This document shows, one piece after another, positions 45,061 to 53,478 of a stretch of 64,000 nucleotides of DNA (within the stretch, counting starts at the first letter, position 1; every line of letters begins with the position of its first letter). The position numbers and the translations under genes were made by a program. The DNA comes from Flavobacteriaceae bacterium (GTDB lineage: Bacteria; Bacteroidota; Bacteroidia; Flavobacteriales; Flavobacteriaceae). Below the pieces are notes generated by a model, which made no database searches, was not told the origin of the DNA, and saw only the letters and a list, made by a program, of their open reading frames with translations. The stretch covers positions 20,326 to 84,325 of the forward strand of contig CBFHJJ010000001.1 in NCBI GenBank assembly GCA_965655865.1, in the 5' to 3' direction.

Positions 45061-46791
45061 TTCTGAACCAAAGGTTTCAGAGTATTCCCCATCACCCATA
45101 ACTTGATCAATCACATTCTTCTTCTTTTGTAGAATATTATAAATTGTCATTTCAATCGTGTTTTCAAATACAGGGTAATAAACTAATACACTATTTTTTT
45201 GACCAAAACGATATGCCCTATCTTCGGCTTGTGAATGGTCTGCGGGTACAAAAGATAAGTCGTTCATAATAACAACATCCGCAGCGGTAAGGGTAATACC
45301 AACACCTGCGGCTTTGATATTTCCGATAAAGACTTTAACCTTAGGGTCGTTTTGAAACCTATCAACAGATTGTTGTCTTCCGTCTTTTGACATTCTACCA
45401 TCAAGAACAACACATTTCTTTTTGTATTTTTCCTTTAACATATCTAAAGACACTGTAAAGTTAGTGAATACAATTACTTTACGATCCTGTTCTAATACGT
45501 TGTCAATTAATTCACATGTGTGTTCTACTTTGTCAATTGCAATTAACTGACGTAACCTCATTAGTCGATTAAGTGTTACGGTTATACTTTCTTTAGTTTT
45601 TTGTTCCTCTGTAATTTTTAAAAACTCAGTTAACTCGTCGTCGTAGAATGAACTTTTCATTTCTAACCATATTGGTGATATAATTTTTTCTGGTAAATCG
45701 AGAACGTCGGTTTTAAGTCTTCTTAATACAACCGCCTTTGTTTGATCCCTAAGTTCATTAAGATTACTCGCACCACTTGTATTCCATATTTTTCTACCAC
45801 CCACTCTAAATTGATATCCTTTACAGTATCGTATTACGTATGTCTTCCAATTTAGGGTTAAAGGTGATTTAACAATTTTCAAGAGATTATAAAAGTTAAT
45901 AGGTCTTGAAGTCATTGGTGTTCCTGTAAGTAACCATACTTTAGAAATTTTTCCTAAGATATCGTTTAACAGTTTTGTCCTTTGTGCTGTTGAATTTGAA
46001 ATGTAGTGAGCTTCATCTACAATGGCCAAATCAAAACCCTCATTTATTATTGTTTGATATCCCTCACTTTCCACACTATTTTCTGTACTGTGGAAATTTT
46101 TTAAAATGTCATAATTTATTATATAATATTTGTACTCAGTACCCCATTTTCTACCCTCAACAATTAAAACATTATCTTTTGTGTAGAATTCTATTTCCCT
46201 CTTCCAATTAATTTTTAGTGATGCGGGACAAACTATTAATACTTTTTTTACATCACTTTCCATTGCCGCAATAACAGTACTTGTTGTTTTACCAAGTCCC
46301 ATATCATCCGCTAAGATATAGTGACTATTCGCGAGTAATTTTTCAATTGCTGTTTTTTGATGTTCCATTGGTGGTCGATGATCGTATGGTGAATAATCAA
46401 CCTCACGATCTAACGTTTTTTCTTCTTGAATAATAGCCGCCTTTGGTACCCACATAGACATATGTGGTAAATCAACATTAATGTTACCCCATATATTAAA
46501 TGCTTTGTCACTCTCACAGAGTAATTTTTCTACCCATATATGTTTAACAGGTTTGGTCAGTAATCTATCTTCCATTATCTTACTTCCAAAATGTTCAGAA
46601 ATTTCAACATATTTGCGTGCAATTTTAGGTACTGTCTGCCAATGTTTTAGTACGTAATCCGATTGTGGTCGTGTAAGAGTATGATTTTTTGATGTTTCAA
46701 ACTTTTTTTTCCACGACAATATTTGGTTATTGTAACCAGTATAACCTGTTACAATTTCCCTCGCCTCTATTTCAGGTATCTGTCTTTCCAT
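45034..46791 (-). CDS. SNF2-family helicase/ATPase
   Basis: Motif I DDMGLGKT, motif II DEAHYISN, C-terminal helicase motifs (AGVGITLT, QAEDRAYRFGQ). ATG 46791 (MERQIPE...) preferred over the tracked hydrophobic 5' extension. Confidence 0.88.
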   Translation of the reverse strand: MERQIPEIEAREIVTGYTGYNNQILSWKKKFETSKNHTLTRPQSDYVLKHWQTVPKIARKYVEISEHFGSKIMEDRLLTKPVKHIWVEKLLCESDKAFNIWGNINVDLPHMSMWVPKAAIIQEEKTLDREVDYSPYDHRPPMEHQKTAIEKLLANSHYILADDMGLGKTTSTVIAAMESDVKKVLIVCPASLKINWKREIEFYTKDNVLIVEGRKWGTEYKYYIINYDILKNFHSTENSVESEGYQTIINEGFDLAIVDEAHYISNSTAQRTKLLNDILGKISKVWLLTGTPMTSRPINFYNLLKIVKSPLTLNWKTYVIRYCKGYQFRVGGRKIWNTSGASNLNELRDQTKAVVLRRLKTDVLDLPEKIISPIWLEMKSSFYDDELTEFLKITEEQKTKESITVTLNRLMRLRQLIAIDKVEHTCELIDNVLEQDRKVIVFTNFTVSLDMLKEKYKKKCVVLDGRMSKDGRQQSVDRFQNDPKVKVFIGNIKAAGVGITLTAADVVIMNDLSFVPADHSQAEDRAYRFGQKNSVLVYYPVFENTIEMTIYNILQKKKNVIDQVMGDGEYSETFGSELIKSIGKK

Positions 46792-46837
46792 ATAATATAT
46801 TAAATATAACGAAATCAAATGACTTTTTAAACTATTT

Positions 46838-47356
46838 ATGAGTATGAGTAAAAAGGTTCCAATCACAAGACTTAGTAAATTCTTCTCAACTGAAGATTTT
46901 GATCTGAACATTCAAATGGGTGAGGAATACCTTCATGGTGACCTTAACATGACATTAGTTCTATATCGTGTTGATCATGACAGTACGGATACTGACGCGG
47001 TGTATGCTGAAGTTGGTAAGGATCAAATAAAATTTTACCCACCTATAGAGTTTAACGCATTAGTAAAAGTCGAACAACCAAAGAATAGTACATATAAAAG
47101 TGGTATGGTTAGATATAATGAACCAGGTAATTTAATAATCTCGGTTTATATGAAACATTTAAAGGACTTAGGTATTGATTTAAAGTATGGTGATTTTATT
47201 GGATATCCCGAAACAGAAGAGAAAGTAAGATATTACACAGTAACTAACGACGGAAAAGTAACATCCGACAATAAACACAATATGTTTGGTTTTAAACCAT
47301 ACTATAGAAGTATAACTTGTGTTCCAGCACAAGAAGTTGAATTTAGAGGAGTATAA
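46838..47356 (+). CDS. Neck/head-completion protein candidate (gp14-like by position and loose pattern)
   Basis: Lies upstream of the gp15-like and sheath genes. GDFIGYPETEEKVRYYTV resembles gp14 GDLIYFPMDNSLFEINWV. Confidence 0.4.
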   Translation: MSMSKKVPITRLSKFFSTEDFDLNIQMGEEYLHGDLNMTLVLYRVDHDSTDTDAVYAEVGKDQIKFYPPIEFNALVKVEQPKNSTYKSGMVRYNEPGNLIISVYMKHLKDLGIDLKYGDFIGYPETEEKVRYYTVTNDGKVTSDNKHNMFGFKPYYRSITCVPAQEVEFRGV

Positions 47357-47360
47357 TAAA

Positions 47361-48593
47361 ATGGCAACCCCAAAAAAGAAAAATAACATTAGTATTTACC
47401 AAAAAAATGAGTTGGTAGATAGAAGACAGGAACTTTTAGATAAGATTACCCAAGGGGATTCCTATTTACCAGATTCTGTACTACACGATGATTTAGATTT
47501 GGGTATGTTAGAATTTGTAAAAGAAAACTTTAAAGTTGTTTCTGATGGTGATGTTATACCTATTATACCAAAAATCCTAACATTACAAAGATGGGGGGAA
47601 TTTACAAATACATGGGACATATCAGATTTGGACGGTAACATAAAAATCCCATTTGTAAGTGTAATAAGAAAACCTGATGTACAACCAGGTACTAATCCAA
47701 GTTTACAAAGAACAATACCTGACAGACAACAATTTCATTACGCATCTGTACCGACATGGAACGGTACTCAAATGGGTGCGGACATATATAAAATACCACA
47801 ACCCGTTGCTGTTGATATATCATATGAAGTGACAATATTATGTACTCGTTTTAGAGATTTAAATAAATTCAATCAAATTGTTTTACAGAAATTTTCATCT
47901 CGTCAAGCATATACCACAGTTAAAGGTCATTATGTACCTATTGTTTTAGACTCGGTAGAAGATAACACACCCGTTGATATCGAAGCTCGTAGGTTTTATT
48001 TACAAAACTATAAATTCACGTTACTTGGTTTCTTAATTGATGAAGAGGAGTTTGAAGTAAAGCCAGCCGTTAGTCGACTTTTTCTTATGAATGAATTCAT
48101 AAAGTCAAATAACTACGAAAAGAAATTCATGACTAAAAATGTTGAGATAACAATTGCAAAATACACCGCAGATGGAACCAATACTGTTTTTAGTGTGGGT
48201 GAAACTATTGGTATACTTTTTACTGTTGAGATTAATGGTATTGTACAAACAAGAGACGATGATTATTATCATGTTGGGTACACATCTAAAATAACCTTTT
48301 CATCACCACCACCTGAAGGGTCTCAAATTTTAATAAAATACTATAAAGGTAAATCAAATGTTTTTATTGATAGTTCAGGTAATCCAAGACAAGTATCTAC
48401 TGAGGATTTTGAATATACTGGTGATTCTTTAGTTTTCACAACTTTAAATACAATAGATAGTGTTGTTAGTTTTGATTTAAATGGTTTAACACAAACAGAA
48501 GGTGAGGCATTTGAAATCTCAGGTAGAACCACTCTAACTTTATTAGGTACACCTCGAGTTGGTACGATTGTCAGTGTGACTTATCTACATTAA
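47361..48593 (+). CDS. Tail sheath stabiliser/terminator candidate (T4 gp15-like)
   Basis: PQPVAVDISYEVTILCTRFRDLNKFNQIV...RRFYLQNYKFTLLGFL parallels gp15 PSPIKMIYELSIFTRYEDDMFQIV...RRRIEWSLTFEVNGWM. Start moved to ATG 47361. Confidence 0.5.
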   Translation: MATPKKKNNISIYQKNELVDRRQELLDKITQGDSYLPDSVLHDDLDLGMLEFVKENFKVVSDGDVIPIIPKILTLQRWGEFTNTWDISDLDGNIKIPFVSVIRKPDVQPGTNPSLQRTIPDRQQFHYASVPTWNGTQMGADIYKIPQPVAVDISYEVTILCTRFRDLNKFNQIVLQKFSSRQAYTTVKGHYVPIVLDSVEDNTPVDIEARRFYLQNYKFTLLGFLIDEEEFEVKPAVSRLFLMNEFIKSNNYEKKFMTKNVEITIAKYTADGTNTVFSVGETIGILFTVEINGIVQTRDDDYYHVGYTSKITFSSPPPEGSQILIKYYKGKSNVFIDSSGNPRQVSTEDFEYTGDSLVFTTLNTIDSVVSFDLNGLTQTEGEAFEISGRTTLTLLGTPRVGTIVSVTYLH

Positions 48594-48752
48594 TTACTCC
48601 CCGTAAAGACTATCTTTTTTTACTTTACAGTGTTGATCTATCCATTTTTCAACAATTCGATACATTTTAAAACCATTTTCATCACAATATTTTTTTAACT
48701 TATTGTGGTGTTCTTCACCTATTTTAAGGTTTTTAGTGTTTTTATTCCCCAT
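48594..48752 (-). CDS. Unannotated 52-aa ribbon-helix-helix-like protein
   Basis: Own translation: MGNKNTKNLKIGEEHHNKLKKYCDENGFKMYRIVEKWIDQHCKVKKDSLYGE. Beta-strand/helix/G-x-K turn/helix pattern. Below the 60-aa cutoff of the ORF track. It fills most of an otherwise empty 278-bp gap. Confidence 0.5.
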   Translation of the reverse strand: MGNKNTKNLKIGEEHHNKLKKYCDENGFKMYRIVEKWIDQHCKVKKDSLYGE

Positions 48753-48828
48753 AAAGATAAATATAGATAAAAAAGGATCTTTAAATATACCAAAATAGAA
48801 AACAATCGATCTCTTTACTAAAAACCAA

Positions 48829-48843
48829 GATATTTATAATAAA
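48829..48843 (+). promoter_or_regulatory. Exact 15-mer GATATTTATAATAAA, putative late promoter of the sheath gene
   Basis: 28 nt upstream of ATG 48872. Confidence 0.5.
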
Positions 48844-48871
48844 CAATAAAATTTTTAACTAAAAGTAATCA

Positions 48872-51697
48872 ATGGCAAATTCAAACAGAGTATTCGTTTC
48901 TCCAGGTGTATATACATCGGAAAAAGATCTAACGTTCGTAGCTCAAAGTGTGGGTGTAACTACATTGGGATTGGCGGGAGAGACCATACAAGGTCCTGCG
49001 TTCGAACCAATATTAATAAGAAACTTCGATGAGTTCAAGACATATTTTGGACCAACATCACCAACTAAATACGCAGATGGTAACCCTAAATACGAGTTGG
49101 GATACGTAGCAAAATCGTATCTTCAAGAATCAAATCAACTTTTTGTAACAAGGGTGTTAGGTTTAACAGGATACAAACCAAAACAAACAGTATCAATAAA
49201 AACATTAGGTGGTATTGATGTCAAACTATCCACTGTAAGTGCTACTGGTGCTGCTGAGGGATTATCAACAGGTAATCTTATCAATGGATATACACATCTT
49301 AGTGACTTAATCGGTAAGGATGCAACTGATGGAACATCCGTACAATCATTTATTGAAAGTATTACAATTCCTGTTAGTGGTGACACAAAATGGTTTACCA
49401 TTGGGGCAGTTGACTCGAGTGATACCGCATCTCTTTTAAGTGCAGATAGAATTGTAGGACCAATCGGTAATAATATAACAACAAATTGGTATAACACATA
49501 CTTTAAAACAACTGCGGGTGTTATTGATGGGGTTTATGGATATCTTTTTGTATACGATGAAAGTACAATGTCAGGTTGGTCTATTACTCAATATGAGTGT
49601 CAGGCCGAAGAAAATGAATACGGTGGTCAGGTTGTCGCTTGTTTAAGATCAAGAGGTTCTTATGCTGGACAAACACTTAATTTAGAAGTGGATTTACCTG
49701 CAGAAATTACAGCAACTAATATTAGTGTTGATAATAATCCGTTAGGTGAATTTAAATTAAATGTAACAGGGTCAACAAGTCTTGTTAAATCTTACACACT
49801 AAGTTTAGATCAATCATCAAAAAAATACGTAACTAAAGTTTTAGGTACTACTGTTTTTGGAAAAGATAAGAAAGACGTACCAGTTTATGTACACGAAGTT
49901 TATCCTAAGACATTAAAAACACTACATGAAAAAGGATTGGTGAGAGGTTTAGACACTTCATTAGATTATACCAATGAAGGTAGTTCATTTGTAGGTCAGT
50001 GGGAAACACCAGCATCACCAGTTGTCGTATCTGAAGTACGAGGTGGAACAGTTAATGATTTATTTAACTTCATTAGTATTTCCGATGGTAACGGAGCTAA
50101 CACTCAAGTTAAAATTACATTCCAAAACATTGATCTTGAAACAGGAGATTTTGATATTATAATTAGAGACTTTAACGATAAAGATGATAATCTAAATGTA
50201 CTTGAGAAATTTACAAGATGTACTATGAACCCTGAACTACCAGGTTATGTGGCGAGAAAAATTGGAACTTCCGATGGTGAGTACGAATTAAGATCTAAGT
50301 ATGTAATGTTGAACTTATCAGTAAATGCACCTGTAGATGCAATACCGGCAGGATTTAAAGGTTTTGTATCACATACACAGGGTAACACAATACAAGGTAG
50401 TATACTTTATAAAACAGAATATAATGTACCAGGTTCTATAACAGGTTACACATCTAATGGAGATGCTAAAATTTCTAATGGTGATAAAATCAGAAAAGTT
50501 TCACTTGGTATATCATCTCAGATTGGTTTTGATAGTGACATTTTAGAGTACAAGGGGTCAGGAAGTTCTAAAGTAACTTATGGTTTCCACTTATCAAAAA
50601 ATGCGGAGGGTATTACAGGAAGTACTACCTACAAAACAACATCATATGATTTAGAAGGTACTAACAAAGGTTTATTAGAAACTAAACAGTACAGAAAATT
50701 CACATTAGCTATGGGTGGTGGATTTGATGGATGGGATATCTATAGAGGAACGAGAACTAACAGTGACGGTTACATTTATGGTAAAAACACATATGTAAGT
50801 GGTGACACAAACAATGGTGGTGTATTTAGTACTGATGTTGGAAACTCTGATTACTACGCTTATTTACAAGCAATCGAAACATTCTCTAATCCTGAGTCTG
50901 TAGATATTAACATATTTGCAACACCAGGTATTGACTTTATGAACCATAGTTCATTGGTTAACAACACAATAGAGATGATAGAAGGTGATAGAGCGGATTC
51001 ACTTTATATAATGAACCCACCTAACACAGATACTGTTGACGAAATTATTGACCAATTAGATACTGTAGAAATGGACACAAACTACTCGGCAACTTATTGG
51101 CCTTGGATTCAAGTACGTGATACTGATAATGCAACTCAAATATACTTACCACCAACAGGTGAGGTACTTAAGAATATCGCATTAACTGACAACGTGTCTT
51201 ACCCATGGTTCGCAGTCGCGGGTTACTCAAGAGGTTTAGTAAACGCAATTAAAGCGAAGAAAAAACTTACTTTAGAGAACAGAGATGATTTATATAAGGC
51301 GAGAATTAATCCAATTGCAACATTCTCAGATACAGGTACTATTATTTGGGGTAACAAAACCTTACAAGTTAGAGAATCTGCACTTGACAGAATTAATGTA
51401 AGAAGATTATTGTTAAGAGCAAGAAAATTAATTTCAGCGGTTGCAATTAGATTGTTATTTGAACAAAACGATGAACAAGTAAGAAATGAATTTTTAAGAT
51501 TGGTTAATCCTATTTTGGAATCAATTAAGAAAGAAAGAGGACTTTATGAATTCCGTGTGGTTGTATCAAATGATCCAGAAGATATCGATGCTAACACACT
51601 TAGAGGTAAGATTTACATCAAACCAACAAGAGCACTTGAATTTATAGATGTTGAATTCTTAATAACTCCGACAGGAGCATCATTTGAGAATATATAA
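48872..51697 (+). CDS. Tail sheath protein (T4 gp18-like)
   Basis: N-terminal VSPGVYTSEKDLT. C-terminal PWFAVAGYSRG...INPIATF...WGNKTL...ALDRINVRRLL...YEFRVV...IYIKPTRALEFI matches the gp18 C-terminal domain. Confidence 0.95.
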   Translation: MANSNRVFVSPGVYTSEKDLTFVAQSVGVTTLGLAGETIQGPAFEPILIRNFDEFKTYFGPTSPTKYADGNPKYELGYVAKSYLQESNQLFVTRVLGLTGYKPKQTVSIKTLGGIDVKLSTVSATGAAEGLSTGNLINGYTHLSDLIGKDATDGTSVQSFIESITIPVSGDTKWFTIGAVDSSDTASLLSADRIVGPIGNNITTNWYNTYFKTTAGVIDGVYGYLFVYDESTMSGWSITQYECQAEENEYGGQVVACLRSRGSYAGQTLNLEVDLPAEITATNISVDNNPLGEFKLNVTGSTSLVKSYTLSLDQSSKKYVTKVLGTTVFGKDKKDVPVYVHEVYPKTLKTLHEKGLVRGLDTSLDYTNEGSSFVGQWETPASPVVVSEVRGGTVNDLFNFISISDGNGANTQVKITFQNIDLETGDFDIIIRDFNDKDDNLNVLEKFTRCTMNPELPGYVARKIGTSDGEYELRSKYVMLNLSVNAPVDAIPAGFKGFVSHTQGNTIQGSILYKTEYNVPGSITGYTSNGDAKISNGDKIRKVSLGISSQIGFDSDILEYKGSGSSKVTYGFHLSKNAEGITGSTTYKTTSYDLEGTNKGLLETKQYRKFTLAMGGGFDGWDIYRGTRTNSDGYIYGKNTYVSGDTNNGGVFSTDVGNSDYYAYLQAIETFSNPESVDINIFATPGIDFMNHSSLVNNTIEMIEGDRADSLYIMNPPNTDTVDEIIDQLDTVEMDTNYSATYWPWIQVRDTDNATQIYLPPTGEVLKNIALTDNVSYPWFAVAGYSRGLVNAIKAKKKLTLENRDDLYKARINPIATFSDTGTIIWGNKTLQVRESALDRINVRRLLLRARKLISAVAIRLLFEQNDEQVRNEFLRLVNPILESIKKERGLYEFRVVVSNDPEDIDANTLRGKIYIKPTRALEFIDVEFLITPTGASFENI

Positions 51698-51708
51698 TAA
51701 ATAAAGAA

Positions 51709-51734
51709 GGGGAAGTACAATTAAGTATTTCCCC
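51709..51734 (+). terminator. Hairpin after the sheath gene (no clear U-tract)
   Basis: ggggaagtac-aattaa-gtatttcccc, 10-bp stem with one G-U pair. Confidence 0.4.
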
Positions 51735-51944
51735 CTCTAAAGTAAAAATTGAGATGACACCCAGTATAATGCCAGTATAAAGCAAGTAATAATTGATATT
51801 TAATTAAAAATTATATATATTATATAATTAACTTATAATCTTTTAAAATTTGCTACCAGTATTACTGGGTAAATAAAAAATACGGAATAAAATTGACAAT
51901 GTCAACTTAATTGATAATAAAATTTAAAATATTTCACTAATAGT

Positions 51945-51959
51945 GATATTTATAATAAA
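51945..51959 (+). promoter_or_regulatory. Exact 15-mer GATATTTATAATAAA, putative late promoter of the tube gene
   Basis: 30 nt upstream of ATG 51990. Confidence 0.5.
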
Positions 51960-51989
51960 GAATAACTAAAAGAAAACAAAAATACAGAC

Positions 51990-52478
51990 ATGGCAGATTT
52001 ATTAATGAAAATGCCGGTTCCTTATGAACCGAAAAGAGTTAACCGATTTATCGTTAGATTTCCTTCATCATTGGGAATTAATGAATGGTATGTAACATCG
52101 GCAGCAAGACCGAGTGCTAAAATCAACTCGGTGGAAATACCATTTTTAAATACCTCAACTTACGTTGCTGGTAGATTTACGTGGGACACCCTAAGAGTAA
52201 AATTTAAAGATCCAATCGGACCGTCAGCATCTCAAGCGTTAATGGAATGGTTTAGATTACACGCAGAATCAGTAACAGGTAGAATGGGTTATGCTGCAGG
52301 GTATAAAAAAGATATTGAATTGGAAATGTTAGACCCAACAGGTGTTGTGGTTGAAAAATGGATTCTTCAAGGTACGTTCATGCAAGACTTGAACTTTGGT
52401 GAATTAGATTACAACAATGACGCACTTGCGACTATTGATTGTACATTGAGAATGGATAGATGTATCCAAGTTTACTAA
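51990..52478 (+). CDS. Tail tube protein (T4 gp19-like)
   Basis: RVNRFIVRF / ARPSAKINSVEIPFLNTSTYVAGRFTWDTLRVKF / QGTFMQDLNFGELDYNNDALATIDCTL align with the gp19 blocks RPNLFQVEI / ALPAGIVEKIPVGFMNRKINVAGDRTFDDWTVTV / KGLWPTNVGELQLDWDSNNEIQTFEVTL. Confidence 0.85.
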   Translation: MADLLMKMPVPYEPKRVNRFIVRFPSSLGINEWYVTSAARPSAKINSVEIPFLNTSTYVAGRFTWDTLRVKFKDPIGPSASQALMEWFRLHAESVTGRMGYAAGYKKDIELEMLDPTGVVVEKWILQGTFMQDLNFGELDYNNDALATIDCTLRMDRCIQVY

Positions 52479-52502
52479 TAAAATAATCTGTCAAATATAT
52501 TA

Positions 52503-52529
52503 AGGGGACCACTACGGTCCCTTTTTTTT
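52503..52529 (+). terminator. Rho-independent terminator after the tube gene
   Basis: gggacc-actac-ggtccc followed by T8. Confidence 0.75.
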
Positions 52530-52540
52530 GCTTAAAACTT

Positions 52541-52548
52541 TACTTTTG
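52541..52548 (+). promoter_or_regulatory. TACTTTTG (TAnnTTTG) followed by TCTATTTAT
   Basis: 27 nt upstream of ATG 52576. The same composite occurs at 55290. Confidence 0.4.
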
Positions 52549-52575
52549 TCTATTTATTCATTACTATTATGTAAT

Positions 52576-53334
52576 ATGGAAGATAAACGAGAATATGCTA
52601 TAGATCCAACAATTCAGTATGATGTTGTTGAGTTGCCGAGTAGGGGTATTATGTACCCTAAACGAACAAAATCCGTCAAAGTTGCTTATTTAACCGCGGC
52701 AGATGAAAATATCCTGTCTTCACCAAATTTAATTGCGAGTGGAGAAGTAATTAACGAATTACTTAAACGAAAAGTTCTTACTAAAGAATTTACAATTGAA
52801 GAAATGGTCGAAGAAGATAGACAAGCAATTCTTATCTTCCTACGTAATACCGCATTCGGACCTGAGATTGGACTGAGATTAATTGATCCAAAAACAGAGG
52901 AAGAATTTGAAACGGTAGTTGATTTATCTGAATTAACATACAAAAACTTCGACTTAGTAGAAGATGAGAACGGACAATATCCATATTTCTTAGAAAAAAG
53001 TAAGGTTGATGTTACATTTAATTTCTTATCACCTAAAGATGAGAAAGAATTAAATGAAATCTCCAATAGTTGGAACGGTATTGGTACCGCACCAATCGTC
53101 ACAAAACGATTAGAGAAGATGATTAAATCGGTAAAAGGAAATAGTGATCCTATGAATATTAGGAACTTTATTGAAACAATGCCGATTGCGGATTCACAAC
53201 AATTTAGACGATATGTAAGAGATAATAAACCAGGGGTGGATTTGTCCCGAACAATTTACGCCCCATCAGGAGAAGAAGTTACGTTCAACGTAGACTTCGG
53301 GGTGGAGTTTTTTCGTCCTTTCTACGGACTATAG
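52576..53334 (+). CDS. Putative tail assembly chaperone (by position between tube and tape measure)
   Basis: Start moved to ATG 52576 (MEDKREYAID...) because the tracked TTG start overlaps the terminator. See the frameshift finding. Confidence 0.5.
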   Translation: MEDKREYAIDPTIQYDVVELPSRGIMYPKRTKSVKVAYLTAADENILSSPNLIASGEVINELLKRKVLTKEFTIEEMVEEDRQAILIFLRNTAFGPEIGLRLIDPKTEEEFETVVDLSELTYKNFDLVEDENGQYPYFLEKSKVDVTFNFLSPKDEKELNEISNSWNGIGTAPIVTKRLEKMIKSVKGNSDPMNIRNFIETMPIADSQQFRRYVRDNKPGVDLSRTIYAPSGEEVTFNVDFGVEFFRPFYGL

Positions 53335-53467
53335 GAGTAATAGGCTTACTGAGATTTCATATTTAGTACAAAACGGGTTTACACATGCAGATATCCTTAA
53401 GATGCCAATCTTTGAAAGGAAGTACTACATTGAGAAAATTATAGAACTTAAAAACCCTCAGTCGTAA
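53294..53467 (+). other. Open +1 frame extension downstream of and overlapping the chaperone stop
   Basis: Own translation of frame +1: ...FFVLSTDYRSNRLTEISYLVQNGFTHADILKMPIFERKYYIEKIIELKNPQS*. No plausible independent start. T6 run at 53308-53313. Confidence 0.45.
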
Positions 53468-53478
53468 TATTTATTGTT

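Noticed and set aside
51893-51905. TTGACA in the palindrome read as a sigma-70 -35 hexamer.
   Set aside because: No appropriately spaced -10 element follows, and the other evidence points to non-enterobacterial promoter rules. It is kept only as a dyad in the spacer finding.
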